Positions 22,786 to 32,651 of a stretch of 64,000 nt of DNA are shown one piece after another; position 1 is the first letter of the stretch, and each line of letters starts with the position of its first letter. Source of the stretch: a virus. Below the pieces are notes generated by a model. That model worked only from the letters and a program-made list of their open reading frames with translations, ran no database searches and had not been told where the DNA came from. Location of the stretch: the IMG/VR virus record IMGVR_UViG_3300030333_002703, positions 46,062-110,061 of that record. One strand, given 5' to 3'. The translations under genes were made by a program, and so were the position numbers.

Positions 22786-23711
22786 TCATCTGCGTTGATG
22801 TCACCCAAGTTTAGGTGGCGACAAATCTCTTTGTATCTGTTACGGATTGTCACCTCGGTGACACCCGCCGCTTCCGAGACCTCACGTTGTGTGCGGTGGT
22901 GTTTTGACAACACACCTGCAATGTAGATACTCGACGCTGCAATACCCACTGGGCCTTTGCCGCTATCCAATTCCAATCTGCATATCTCATCCACGAACTC
23001 CATTGCCTTGGCCTCTACATGAGGTGGCAATCCTAATTCAGAACAGAACCGCGCTACATACTCTTGAGGGCGCGGTGCTTGAATCCGTATCTTCAATTCA
23101 CGGATAACGAATCGTGCAGTACGCCCAATTTCTTTGCGACCTGTTCGTGATGCCTGTGCAATCTCATCTAATGTTCTAGGAACATTGTGCAATCGGCAAG
23201 CGATGTAGATTGATGCCGCTGATACCCCTTCGATTGAACGACCACGCACCAGTCTTTTTTCCATTGCTTTACGATAGATGGTTGCTGCTTCCTCACGTGT
23301 TGGTTTCGCCAGATTCAATCGGCTACATATCCGGTCAATCTCCGCCAATGCTACAGACAAGTTACGTTCCAACGCATTGGAAACACGCGCTCGGCGTTGC
23401 CATTTTCGCATTCGATACAATTGACTACGCATCTTAGTCGATACTGCCTTGCCGGAGTAATCCTTATTCTGCCAATCCAAATCTGTAGACAGTCCTTTAT
23501 CATGCATCATTTGGCTCATTGGCGCACCAGTTCTTGCACGTTGGTCTCCTTGTTCTGGGCTAAACACCCGCCACTCTGCACCTTGGTCTATGATGTTATC
23601 CTCAAGCACTAATCCACAATCTTGACACACGATTTCACCGTGTGTTTCATCCCTGTCTAGATTACGACTATCGCACTCTGGACACTTCACTATATCCTCA
23701 ACTTCACTCAT
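22782..23711 (-). CDS. tfb: Archaeal transcription initiation factor B (TFIIB)
   Basis: Zn ribbon CPECDS...CQDCG, IDQGAEWRVF B-reader, two cyclin repeats, C-terminal HTH TQREVSEAAGVTEVTIRNRYKE. SD AGGTGA before ATG 23711. Confidence 0.97.
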   Translation of the reverse strand: MSEVEDIVKCPECDSRNLDRDETHGEIVCQDCGLVLEDNIIDQGAEWRVFSPEQGDQRARTGAPMSQMMHDKGLSTDLDWQNKDYSGKAVSTKMRSQLYRMRKWQRRARVSNALERNLSVALAEIDRICSRLNLAKPTREEAATIYRKAMEKRLVRGRSIEGVSAASIYIACRLHNVPRTLDEIAQASRTGRKEIGRTARFVIRELKIRIQAPRPQEYVARFCSELGLPPHVEAKAMEFVDEICRLELDSGKGPVGIAASSIYIAGVLSKHHRTQREVSEAAGVTEVTIRNRYKEICRHLNLGDINADD

Positions 23712-23919
23712 GTTGTTCACCTATATCTTTTGTTCGTTTTGAATCACGCCACAGTGCATTGCACGTAGGGCATTCCCAAATCAGTATTCTATTATTTTCT
23801 CGCACGTACTTGCCTACAATACGAATGGCAAATACGAGGTCTCCACACTGGGGGCAATGCTGTGATAACGCATCACGCAGGTTGCCCAGTGTCCTCCCCC
23901 CGTCGCCCAATGATGTCAT
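23704..23919 (-). CDS. Small Zn-ribbon protein
   Basis: CPQCG...WECPTC, fills the gap between thermosome and tfb. Start uncertain. Confidence 0.55.
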   Translation of the reverse strand: MTSLGDGGRTLGNLRDALSQHCPQCGDLVFAIRIVGKYVRENNRILIWECPTCNALWRDSKRTKDIGEQHE

Positions 23920-25438
23920 CAATCCGTAGGATTGCATTAGCAACTTCGGTTGCTGATAGAATGACTTGACGCACGACGGCCTTCGGTTCAATGACTCCTG
24001 CATCTGTGGCGTTAAGCAACTCACCTGTAGTGGCATCAATACCCCACTCTGGCAAGACGATTTCCTCCACCAATAGTAGAGTATCTAATGCATTGTGACC
24101 AGCGTTCTCCGCAATGGTCACAGGGATGCAGTACAACGATTCAGCGAATGCTTGAACCGCCAATCGTTCTCGCCCTCCGACCTTCTTTGAGCCACCCCGA
24201 ATGGTCTTAGCCGCGTAGATGTATGGCGCACCAGCACCGGGTAGGCAATCGTCGTCACGGTATGCCAATGCGGTCACACCAATGGCGTCATCGAATGCAC
24301 GTTCCAACTCATCTACGGTCTGGCGTGTAGCACCACGTAGTACCAGTGTGCTGACCCCATCGGCATTGTCATCATCAACCTCAACGGAGATGTATCTGAT
24401 GTCACCAATGGTATGTTCAGTGACAACCGCCAAGAAGAGTTCTTTGGGGGCATCCCCTTCAGTCCATTGTGGTATGTCCTCTGTCATGTGATAGATGGGT
24501 TCGCCAGTCAGACGACTGATGGCTTCCATATCTGATTGAGGCACACGTGATACCACACCGATTCCCTCTTGGGCTAGTGTGTGAATGATTGCTTCATGCA
24601 CACCATCACGACAGAACACATATCCAACACCCAGTTCGACAAGTGCCTTTGCACGTTCCACTAGCATTCGTTGTTCAGCCATCTGAAACTGTTGAACCTC
24701 CGCCATTGACCCCAACTGCACACGCATTGAGTCATGCATGGGTGGTGGTGTCAGACCTGTGTTGAGTAATACAATGGGTGCAGGTTTGCCATCGTATGCT
24801 GGCTTGATGGTTGAAGCAAACTCTTTGTTTAGAACAACGCCGTCGAACAATTTGCTGTCAGCGAATGTTCCACCGACTTGGCTAACCACCTTGATACGTG
24901 AGTCGTCACCATCAACCAGTTGGACTGCATCAACCACCATCTGTGCAATGGTTGTCGCATCTTCTAGTTCGGCTGACTTACCACAGATGGCAGTCTGCGC
25001 CACCTTCAACAAGATTTCATCGGGACTGTATTCAATCTTCAATTCCCGACTATCGTTCAACGACTGCACGGCGGTGAGGGCTGCTTGACGATAGCCCTTG
25101 CATATCACATGGGGGTGAACCCCCTTCGCCAGTAGTCGTTCTGCGTTCTCTAACAGTTTGCCAGCGAGGACCACAACAGATGTTGTACCGTCCTTGCATT
25201 CCTGTTCTTGCGTCTTAGACATATCCACGACCATTCGTGCGCCCGGATGGGCCACGTCTAGTTCGCGTAGGATAGTCGCGCCGTCATTCGTGACGACGAA
25301 GTAACCCTGATTGTCTACGCTCATCTTATCCATACCATATGGCCCGAGCGTCGAGCGAACTGTGTTCGCTATCGCTATCGCTGCCTTGATATTCAATTGC
25401 TGTGCTTTCTGTGTGTTGGTGTCTCTCCCTTCTCCCAT
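23873..25438 (-). CDS. ths: Group II chaperonin (thermosome subunit)
   Basis: STLGPYGMDKM, VTNDGATIL, DGTTSVVV, LRGAT...DELERAFDDA, ILRIDD. SD GGAGG before ATG 25438. Confidence 0.96.
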   Translation of the reverse strand: MGEGRDTNTQKAQQLNIKAAIAIANTVRSTLGPYGMDKMSVDNQGYFVVTNDGATILRELDVAHPGARMVVDMSKTQEQECKDGTTSVVVLAGKLLENAERLLAKGVHPHVICKGYRQAALTAVQSLNDSRELKIEYSPDEILLKVAQTAICGKSAELEDATTIAQMVVDAVQLVDGDDSRIKVVSQVGGTFADSKLFDGVVLNKEFASTIKPAYDGKPAPIVLLNTGLTPPPMHDSMRVQLGSMAEVQQFQMAEQRMLVERAKALVELGVGYVFCRDGVHEAIIHTLAQEGIGVVSRVPQSDMEAISRLTGEPIYHMTEDIPQWTEGDAPKELFLAVVTEHTIGDIRYISVEVDDDNADGVSTLVLRGATRQTVDELERAFDDAIGVTALAYRDDDCLPGAGAPYIYAAKTIRGGSKKVGGRERLAVQAFAESLYCIPVTIAENAGHNALDTLLLVEEIVLPEWGIDATTGELLNATDAGVIEPKAVVRQVILSATEVANAILRIDDIIGRRGEDTGQPA

Positions 25439-26049
25439 TTCCAATCAACCTCCATGTTGATAATGTCGCCCGTCCATCTTGAACGGGTCTTCACGAACCC
25501 ATGTTCGCATCCGTGCGACCACAGGTCATAATTAAGCCTTGCGTCGTCTAAACAGTACTTCGCAACGCTCCCATAATTGCCCCGACGCCATTCCTGTGGT
25601 GCGTCAGAACTATCCATGAGTTTGCTTTCATCTAGTGTGTGTTTGCACACGTCACCCAATCTGACAAAGAACTGTGTGCCGATGTCAGTTGTCGCTTTGC
25701 GTAGATGGTTGGATGTATCTATGATACTATCCTTGTGCTTACGCAACACCTCTCCTGCCGCATGGCAATCGAGTCCATCACGTAGTACGGGAAGGTCGAA
25801 CCGTAGTATGTTGTGACCTACGATAGCCCCTCCGTTCTGAATGTGTTGTAGTATGTGGTCGCCCACATCCCTTGGATGTAGTGGGCGCACATCAGCATCA
25901 ATATCTATGTCGTGATTACAGAATACTGTGCTATCCTTTCCATCGTATGTGGCGACAACAGTTGGCTCAAACATATGGGTGTTACCCCATCCTCCTATGT
26001 CATAGGAGTAGTTTGATGTCTCAATATCCAATGCCATTACGCCTGTCAT
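25393..26049 (-). CDS. DEDD/RNase H-like 3'-5' exonuclease
   Basis: ALDIET, GHNILRFDLPVL and YCLDD Exo I-III motifs. Confidence 0.85.
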   Translation of the reverse strand: MTGVMALDIETSNYSYDIGGWGNTHMFEPTVVATYDGKDSTVFCNHDIDIDADVRPLHPRDVGDHILQHIQNGGAIVGHNILRFDLPVLRDGLDCHAAGEVLRKHKDSIIDTSNHLRKATTDIGTQFFVRLGDVCKHTLDESKLMDSSDAPQEWRRGNYGSVAKYCLDDARLNYDLWSHGCEHGFVKTRSRWTGDIINMEVDWKWEKGETPTHRKHSN

Positions 26050-26087
26050 ACTAGTACCTCCGATACCTTGCCGGTAGTTGAGCCTTG

Positions 26088-27512
26088 TCATTCGTCTACC
26101 CATTGCACGAACTTGGATACACCCACCGCAGTTTCCTTGAAAAGTGACTTGGCATCACGGTAGTGTAGGAATTGTGTGTTGCGACTTAGCCCACCATTCT
26201 GCTTGGCATATGTCTCCAACAGGTCTGCCTTTCGCACCCAATCACCGGGTTTGTCACCCACCGATAGTTCAGGACACGCTGCGTATGCAGCCTTCCATGA
26301 TGCTTGGCGTGACTGACGTGCTTTGGACACGTGTTCCAATTCGACTTCGGACTCCAACCATGTAACCAGTTCTTCATACAAGTCATAGATAATCTCCGCC
26401 GCCATCTCAATGTGTTCGCCCTTGACTTCCCAACCGAACTCAACCACTTCATCATCACTTTGTGTGTAGTCATCTAGCAATGACATATGTGTAGCCAGAA
26501 TGATGGTGTAGTTGAGTAGATTGGGGATGAATGCACACACAACGTCAGCCATTTGGGGGTCCATCATACGAACCAACTCATACATATGGTCCTTGTGTGA
26601 GTTCAGTAGTGGATAGAATGAATTGTCCACCGTGAACATATCATACATGGCATCCTGCACAATCTTCTCCTTCGGGTCAGTACCCAATTTAGCCCAGTCA
26701 TTGCGCTCCATTTCGGCAATGCCTAGAACTCGGGCTTGTAGTGCCGCACGAACTGTTGAGAAATATGTAGCGAAGTCATCCAATGAGTACTCATATTCAG
26801 GAGGTCGCTTGAATGCTGTGTTCATACGCTCCTCGGATACCTGTTCACGCCGTTCAATCGGCCAAGGTCTGATGAGTAGAAGAACACGTTGGAACACACC
26901 CTTCGTCAGTACCACTTCACGCACACCCTGTGGCGGGAACGTGGTTAGCCAGAATGATACACGTGATTCAGTTTCAATGGAACCATCCTTCATGTGCTTG
27001 ACCAGTGTGTTTGCTTTGGTTCCCACTGGGTTCATCGCTTGCTGTAGATACAATACGACTTCGCTAAGGTGTTGCTTCTTTGTTTCAAACAACAGACTAC
27101 CCTCGTCAAAGTTCAATGCTTTCTTACCCGCAAGTAATCCTTCCTGTAGTTCCAACACCTGTTCTCCATCCTCTTCATACTTGTTCCATGAACCAATCAA
27201 TGCTGCATCCGTTCCAGTGCTGAACATATCTTGTTTGATACCGAGGGTATCCAAGACCTCACCAGTGTGTTCCCATGCAATGGTCTTCCCAGACCGTGTT
27301 GGTTGAATCCAAAACAAATGTATGCGCGAATCTATATGCGAATTGTTAATCGGGATACGAAGGTAATCTACCGTCGCTTGTCCCTGCACATAGAAGAATG
27401 AAATCAATGCAGCCATCTCATTGTGATATGAAATGTCGCTGAACATATTGATGTATCCTTTCAGCAACGGAAACCGTTGCACCGCTTCGTAATTATCCCA
27501 TTGTCGTGCCAT
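26088..27512 (-). CDS. Divergent AAA+ ATPase, probable MCM-like replicative helicase
   Basis: Walker A QPTRSGKT, TDAALIGS, Walker B NFDEG. Located in the replication block. Confidence 0.6.
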   Translation of the reverse strand: MARQWDNYEAVQRFPLLKGYINMFSDISYHNEMAALISFFYVQGQATVDYLRIPINNSHIDSRIHLFWIQPTRSGKTIAWEHTGEVLDTLGIKQDMFSTGTDAALIGSWNKYEEDGEQVLELQEGLLAGKKALNFDEGSLLFETKKQHLSEVVLYLQQAMNPVGTKANTLVKHMKDGSIETESRVSFWLTTFPPQGVREVVLTKGVFQRVLLLIRPWPIERREQVSEERMNTAFKRPPEYEYSLDDFATYFSTVRAALQARVLGIAEMERNDWAKLGTDPKEKIVQDAMYDMFTVDNSFYPLLNSHKDHMYELVRMMDPQMADVVCAFIPNLLNYTIILATHMSLLDDYTQSDDEVVEFGWEVKGEHIEMAAEIIYDLYEELVTWLESEVELEHVSKARQSRQASWKAAYAACPELSVGDKPGDWVRKADLLETYAKQNGGLSRNTQFLHYRDAKSLFKETAVGVSKFVQWVDE

Positions 27513-27527
27513 GTTTTTACGCTCCAA

Positions 27528-27559
27528 TCATAAATTGTGAATTGTAAGGAGGATATAAA
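27528..27559 (-). promoter_or_regulatory. Conserved viral promoter, copy 1
   Basis: + strand TCATAAATTGTGA-N7-GGAGGATATAAA, upstream of the helicase-like gene. Confidence 0.75.
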
Positions 27560-27598
27560 TGAATCAACCATACAATACAACAGGTGATACAACCAATA

Positions 27599-28303
27599 CT
27601 ACACCCTCTTTGTGCGTTCAACACGCACTGGTTCTTCCGATGTCAATACTTCTAACAAACGGTTACGCAGAACCTTACCCATACGCGGTACATTTTTCAA
27701 TGCATCTGGGTGTAACATCTCTTCAATTGACCCGCATTCTTCTAGCAGGTTGTCTATCATTTCCGCACCGAATCCCGGTATCGCACGTAACATATCCATG
27801 CGTACATCATTGGTGGTCACACGGCGCACCGCGTGTGCGCTATGACGTGAAGCGGGTCGCACCAACTTGTCATGCAAACTGACAATGTAGGATGATGCTT
27901 CCAGCACATTGGTTGCTCGCACTACAGTGAACCCAAAGTCCGCTGTGATACGTGCGAGTGCGCTCATCACTTCACGAGAGATACGTGTGAATGTCATACG
28001 TGTGTTGGGGCTACGCCGCTTAAGTTTGCTGAAGTATGTGGCAACGTCACCCCATACGACAATAGCCGCACGTTCCACATTGGCATCCATGTTTTCCATC
28101 TGACGCCATAGATGACCAGACCTTGAACTTTCAATCAGGTCTGCAATGGTCTTGCATTCGACCACGCATCCACCTGCCAAGTAGTCACCCACGACAAGAT
28201 GCTGTCGTTGAAATGACACAGGGGGTGAACGTGTTTCACATCTCTTTACGATGGCATCCACAAGAGGACCGCGCTCGTTACTATCAATCAATAAACTACT
28301 CAT
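27599..28303 (-). CDS. ERCC4/XPF-family structure-specific nuclease with HhH
   Basis: IDSNE, GDY, VECKT..DL..S..G.L..Q, C-terminal IPGFG and VPRMG HhH motifs. Confidence 0.9.
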   Translation of the reverse strand: MSSLLIDSNERGPLVDAIVKRCETRSPPVSFQRQHLVVGDYLAGGCVVECKTIADLIESSRSGHLWRQMENMDANVERAAIVVWGDVATYFSKLKRRSPNTRMTFTRISREVMSALARITADFGFTVVRATNVLEASSYIVSLHDKLVRPASRHSAHAVRRVTTNDVRMDMLRAIPGFGAEMIDNLLEECGSIEEMLHPDALKNVPRMGKVLRNRLLEVLTSEEPVRVERTKRV

Positions 28304-28436
28304 ACCATAACCTCAATAAAAATACGATTGGGAATAGAATGGCTAACACGCCTAACCAAAATACCAAACCAACACAGGTAACACCGAGTGTCACCCAGCC
28401 GGTCACAGTTCTTAGGTTGATTTTCTTCTCTCCCAT
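28296..28436 (-). CDS. Small hydrophobic (membrane) protein, 46 aa
   Basis: Translated by hand: MGEKKINLRTVTGWVTLGVTCVGLVFWLGVLAILFPIVFLLRLWYE. Fills an intergenic gap. Confidence 0.5.
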   Translation of the reverse strand: MGEKKINLRTVTGWVTLGVTCVGLVFWLGVLAILFPIVFLLRLWYE

Positions 28437-28448
28437 ACCCTGTCGGAA

Positions 28449-29885
28449 TCACCAATACTCCTTCAACTCTACTGCTGATTCACGGTACTTACTCACGGTC
28501 AGACCTGTGCGTTCTTGTTTCAAACGACGTTCCGATAGTTCAGCGTATTCAGGGTTGAGTTCTATGCCAATGTATGACCGCCCGTTCTCCAATGCCACAA
28601 TCCCTGTCGTTCCAGACCCACTGAATGGGTCCACGATGACCGATGGTTTGGTTGGGTGGTCGAGTAAGTCAAGGTCAGAAACATACACTTTGACAGTTTT
28701 GACCTTATCTTTGGTAAGGTTCTCGATGATGCGTTGTTTGACAGGGCCACCACCGTTTTCTTCTCGCCCGTCATACTTGGATTGTTGATTGACATACTCA
28801 CCTTTCATGGTCGCTCCCCATTTTTGTTGGAGATGTTCAGCATTATCTTCAGATGTAGCGCGACCCGGTATGACAACCTCATGCTTCTCAATGGTCCCAT
28901 GACATTCACAGTCTGGTGTGAATTGATTCTCCGGTTGGCGGCGAACCCAAGGCACACCACAGTCAGCACAACACGTGTGAGATGAACTCGCACGGATGAT
29001 TGGTTCAATGAGATGCTTTGGATACACGGCGAAGTGTGCGCCGGGGAATGGTTGTGGATTGAAATGCCACACCGTTCTCATGTTGCGTAGTAAGCCACCT
29101 TCGGAATCATCATCTGCCATTGGCTCTGCATACGATTGGATGTCATAGTAGTATCGTTTAGATTTACTGAAGTGGAAGAAGAACTCATGGCTACGTGTGC
29201 ATCGGTCTTGCACAGGTTCAGGCATGGATACACCACCACGATAATGTGGCCCACTGATTGACTTGGCCCATACAATATCGTTGCGAAGATACCAACCCGC
29301 TCTACGTGCCGCGAATGCAAACAACCAAGGCAATCCCACCAAGTCCTTCTCCTTGTATCCATCGGGTAGAGATTTAGGTCTGAATTGACCGGCTTCATCA
29401 CGATGCTTCTGCAATCCATATTGTTCTGGATTTGTCTTGGCGCTTCCTTTGCTCATGTATGAGTCACCAAGATTCACCCACAGTGTGCCAGATGGTTTGA
29501 GGATGCGTCGGCACTCCTCAAATATCTCCACCAGATGTTCAACGAAATGTTCGGGTGATTGTTCAAGACCTAGTTGCCCTTTCCATGCTCCACATTTGTT
29601 GCACGTTTCAAATGTGATGGGGTCGTCACGATTGTTAGCCCCTTGATTGCTGGCTTGTTTCTCGCTCTTACCATCGTCATTGCTACGACGTTGCCATGAG
29701 ATGGGGTCATCCCAATCATGTTCGCATTCCTTATCTCCACCGAATACTACAGGGTCAGTCTTGTAATCACGTAACCCCCAGTATGGTGGTGACGTTATCA
29801 CTGTATCCACAGTTTCAGTTTCTATCTCACGCAACTTCTCAATCGCATGACCTATCTTAATTTCACAAGTTGTATCATCTCTCAT
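28449..29885 (-). CDS. Beta-class N4-cytosine/N6-adenine DNA methyltransferase
   Basis: Catalytic TSPPYW precedes SAM-binding DPFSGSGTT. Also HFAVYP and GIELNPEY. Confidence 0.93.
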   Translation of the reverse strand: MRDDTTCEIKIGHAIEKLREIETETVDTVITSPPYWGLRDYKTDPVVFGGDKECEHDWDDPISWQRRSNDDGKSEKQASNQGANNRDDPITFETCNKCGAWKGQLGLEQSPEHFVEHLVEIFEECRRILKPSGTLWVNLGDSYMSKGSAKTNPEQYGLQKHRDEAGQFRPKSLPDGYKEKDLVGLPWLFAFAARRAGWYLRNDIVWAKSISGPHYRGGVSMPEPVQDRCTRSHEFFFHFSKSKRYYYDIQSYAEPMADDDSEGGLLRNMRTVWHFNPQPFPGAHFAVYPKHLIEPIIRASSSHTCCADCGVPWVRRQPENQFTPDCECHGTIEKHEVVIPGRATSEDNAEHLQQKWGATMKGEYVNQQSKYDGREENGGGPVKQRIIENLTKDKVKTVKVYVSDLDLLDHPTKPSVIVDPFSGSGTTGIVALENGRSYIGIELNPEYAELSERRLKQERTGLTVSKYRESAVELKEYW

Positions 29886-31000
29886 TGTGTTACCTCCTTT
29901 TGCTCTGGGATTGTTCCAGTGCCATCCCAGAATTGGCACTTACCTACGCAGTATCCACGATTGAATAGACTCGCACATGATGTGTGTTTATACGGTCCTT
30001 CAACTATGTGTTTCGTGTAGTTCCGTGTGATTTCAGGGTTGAAATCTACCCACTGAATGGTACGAATGAAGTCTGTAATCTGGTCGATGTGCTTCGGTGC
30101 TAATCCATTCACTGTTTGCGGTGGTCGGAAGTGGCGCAACCGAGCAGCCAAGTATGCTACAAGATGATACCGTGCATCATGTGTAGGGTTGCTGCCCGTT
30201 CTACAAGACGACGCTTGTAGGCATGGAAGAACGGCGATGCCGTTCATGGTAAGAGTGGGAATGTTTTCGGTGTCATGGTTGAGCATACCATACAACGAAT
30301 CTTCTAGGCTTATAGTTGTATCGAGATGACATCCGGTGGAACCGTAACTGAAGTATCCTGACCTGTGTGTTTGTGCAAGTTCTTGAATGTCCTCCCATTC
30401 TAACGTGGTCAATTCTTCAGTCGTCAATGGGATACTCCACAGACCACGCTTGACATTGTATGAATTAGGAACGCGAATGAGAGATGCAAGGTCGAATGTA
30501 ACGGTGGGGTCAATACATTGGAGTGACAGTTCGTTTGCCCATGACCTCACAAGACATCGACCCGCGCCCTTGAGAATAGAACTCATCTCGTATGTGCCAA
30601 TTGTGTGTACACGGTCTAACTTGACCCACACATGGAACCCACCACCGGAGAACCAGATACCATGTTTGATGTCTTGTTCCAGTAGATAGTTGTGAAGGCG
30701 TCGAACCTCATTGAGTACCACAGTTGGTGGTACTTCCACCATTGAACCACCCTGTATCATTTGGCAATCGAAGTCCAATACAAAGTGACGCACAATAGCA
30801 GTTTGATAATTCCCGCGTCGGTAGTTGGGTTCCTTGAGTTGTTGGAATCCGAACACACTCATGTATGCGTCAGATGCATTGCCTAGACTCGACCACCATT
30901 TGTTGAACTCATCCTTGTCGTGTACGACACGACGGAACAGATTGACTTCGCGGGGGAAGTCAAGAACTAGTAACGCTTTGCCACTTCCACTTGATTCCAT
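29882..31000 (-). CDS. Archaeo-eukaryotic primase, catalytic domain fused to PriL-like Fe-S domain
   Basis: FVLDFD, FSGGGFHVW, IRVPNS. C-terminal PCL...H..R..L...SC...YC..KC. Confidence 0.85.
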   Translation of the reverse strand: MESSGSGKALLVLDFPREVNLFRRVVHDKDEFNKWWSSLGNASDAYMSVFGFQQLKEPNYRRGNYQTAIVRHFVLDFDCQMIQGGSMVEVPPTVVLNEVRRLHNYLLEQDIKHGIWFSGGGFHVWVKLDRVHTIGTYEMSSILKGAGRCLVRSWANELSLQCIDPTVTFDLASLIRVPNSYNVKRGLWSIPLTTEELTTLEWEDIQELAQTHRSGYFSYGSTGCHLDTTISLEDSLYGMLNHDTENIPTLTMNGIAVLPCLQASSCRTGSNPTHDARYHLVAYLAARLRHFRPPQTVNGLAPKHIDQITDFIRTIQWVDFNPEITRNYTKHIVEGPYKHTSCASLFNRGYCVGKCQFWDGTGTIPEQKEVTQ

Positions 31001-31227
31001 TTCTCAATCCACTCCATTAGTCGTTCTAATATCTCGTGTGCTTCTTCAGGGTCTTGTACATAAAGGGGGTCCACTACAAAACGAATCGAATTGCCATCGT
31101 GGATTGCATCAAACCCACGTGCTTTCTTTGCTGCCCCCATATACACGGAGACCTCGGCGTTGAGAACCGAGCGTTGTAGTATCCATTCAACAGCCACTGT
31201 GAATGCGTTGACTTCTAATCCATTCAT
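30967..31227 (-). CDS. Hypothetical protein
   Basis: 86-aa ORF coupled to its neighbours, GGAGG SD. Confidence 0.55.
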   Translation of the reverse strand: MNGLEVNAFTVAVEWILQRSVLNAEVSVYMGAAKKARGFDAIHDGNSIRFVVDPLYVQDPEEAHEILERLMEWIEKWNQVEVAKRY

Positions 31228-32168
31228 TCATTGACCTCCTTCCAGATTGGTTCGGCCCCATGTGATACCTCAATGGGGTTCTCATACGGTGTCCACTTTG
31301 GACAGAACTGCATGAAGTCACAATGACTACACTTGTATTCCTGATTGTCATTGACAACGGGGAAGTCCTGTTCAAGATATGACTTGACAAGACGAACGAT
31401 ACGTTTCTTCATGGCGGTGATGGTTCGCTTGGCCGCAGGTATTACATCCCAATGTTCTGCATTGGGGAACCGCCATGCCCACCATTTGACATCACCTAGG
31501 TTCACATCGGACTCATCGAGAAGGTATGTGTAGTATGCCATCTCGCCCCTCATCTTGGGTGGCGTGTACTTGGGATTGAACTTCCCTGTTTTCAGTTCCA
31601 TTAGAATCAAACCACCTGTATCATCCTTGAAGATGCGGTCGATGATACCACGTAGATGTACCTTGACGATACCATGTTCCGGCACATCAACTTCCACGAT
31701 GGCATCAAGGTCTAACTCGTTACCAGTGGGTAGGAAATCCTCGGGTTCGTTACAATGTTTGAGTCGTGCGACATCATTGTGTATCATCCAGTCCTGTAGG
31801 ACTTCCTCTTTATCTGCGTACTCGCCCTCGGCTTCGGGATACATCTGCTTGAGCAAACTGTATGCCTTTTTCTCATCACCATCTTTGGCGGCTGCAATTG
31901 CCTGTTCCATACGTGGTGTGTCACACACTAGATTCTCATAGAACTCTTCCTGTCGGTTGTGAACATTGTCACCAATCACAAGATAGTCACGTTCCAATGG
32001 CTCGGTGTGGCACACCTTACTCAACCACATCTGTTGACTACACCAATTGGAGTATGTGTCTAGCGTGGACTTACTAATCCGAATCATCTTATCCGAATCA
32101 GGAGTCCATGTGTATGTCGATAACTTGTTCATCTCACCCATTGTATCATCCCTGTTGGAAGTATCCAC
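31224..32168 (-). CDS. PD-(D/E)XK nuclease, Cas4/RecB-like
   Basis: ISKS..D.Y..C, GIIDRI...MELKTG, C-terminal CSHCDFMQFC. Start may be 32142. Confidence 0.85.
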   Translation of the reverse strand: MDTSNRDDTMGEMNKLSTYTWTPDSDKMIRISKSTLDTYSNWCSQQMWLSKVCHTEPLERDYLVIGDNVHNRQEEFYENLVCDTPRMEQAIAAAKDGDEKKAYSLLKQMYPEAEGEYADKEEVLQDWMIHNDVARLKHCNEPEDFLPTGNELDLDAIVEVDVPEHGIVKVHLRGIIDRIFKDDTGGLILMELKTGKFNPKYTPPKMRGEMAYYTYLLDESDVNLGDVKWWAWRFPNAEHWDVIPAAKRTITAMKKRIVRLVKSYLEQDFPVVNDNQEYKCSHCDFMQFCPKWTPYENPIEVSHGAEPIWKEVNE

Positions 32169-32478
32169 TTACGTCTACTTTGTATGGCCCACTGTGTTGT
32201 TGCTCATCTCCACCATGTTTTGTCACTGTGTATTGGTTGGGGTCTGTTTGTGGTTGTTCTACCACTGGTGGGGCTTGAGGAGTATTTGAATCGCGGGTGT
32301 CCCATTCGGTTTGTTCCTTCCCAAGATTTGCAGGTGGAGTCAGACTAGCCGGGTTCAATAGACCGTCAACGATTTGCTTGACCTTTTCCAATGCTTCTGA
32401 TGTAATGGATAACGCCTCGCGTAGCCGCTCGTTCTCATCCTTCAATGCTTGTGCTTGCGCTATGAAATCACTGCTCAT
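32146..32478 (-). CDS. Hypothetical coiled-coil protein
   Basis: 110 aa, ATGA coupling, GGAGG SD. Confidence 0.55.
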   Translation of the reverse strand: MSSDFIAQAQALKDENERLREALSITSEALEKVKQIVDGLLNPASLTPPANLGKEQTEWDTRDSNTPQAPPVVEQPQTDPNQYTVTKHGGDEQQHSGPYKVDVSGYFQQG

Positions 32479-32651
32479 GATTCATCCTCCTTACAGTATG
32501 GACATCCAATGTGACGCATAGCACCCAGTGTATCTACTGTGTATTTGTAGCCACAACTATTGCACTCCATCCATCTGAAGTCCTCCTTGTATGCAGGTGC
32601 ATAGCATTCACAGTCAGCACCACCACATCGTGTGCATATCCTTTGAGCCAT
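32475..32651 (-). CDS. Small Cys-rich Zn-finger protein, 58 aa
   Basis: Translated by hand: MAQRICTRCGGADCEC...CNSCG...CPYCKEDES. Coupled at both ends. Confidence 0.6.
   Translation of the reverse strand: MAQRICTRCGGADCECYAPAYKEDFRWMECNSCGYKYTVDTLGAMRHIGCPYCKEDES

Noticed and set aside
31224-32168. Cas4-like gene as evidence of a CRISPR-Cas locus
   Set aside because: No other cas genes or array. Solo Cas4-like nucleases are common in viral replication blocks.
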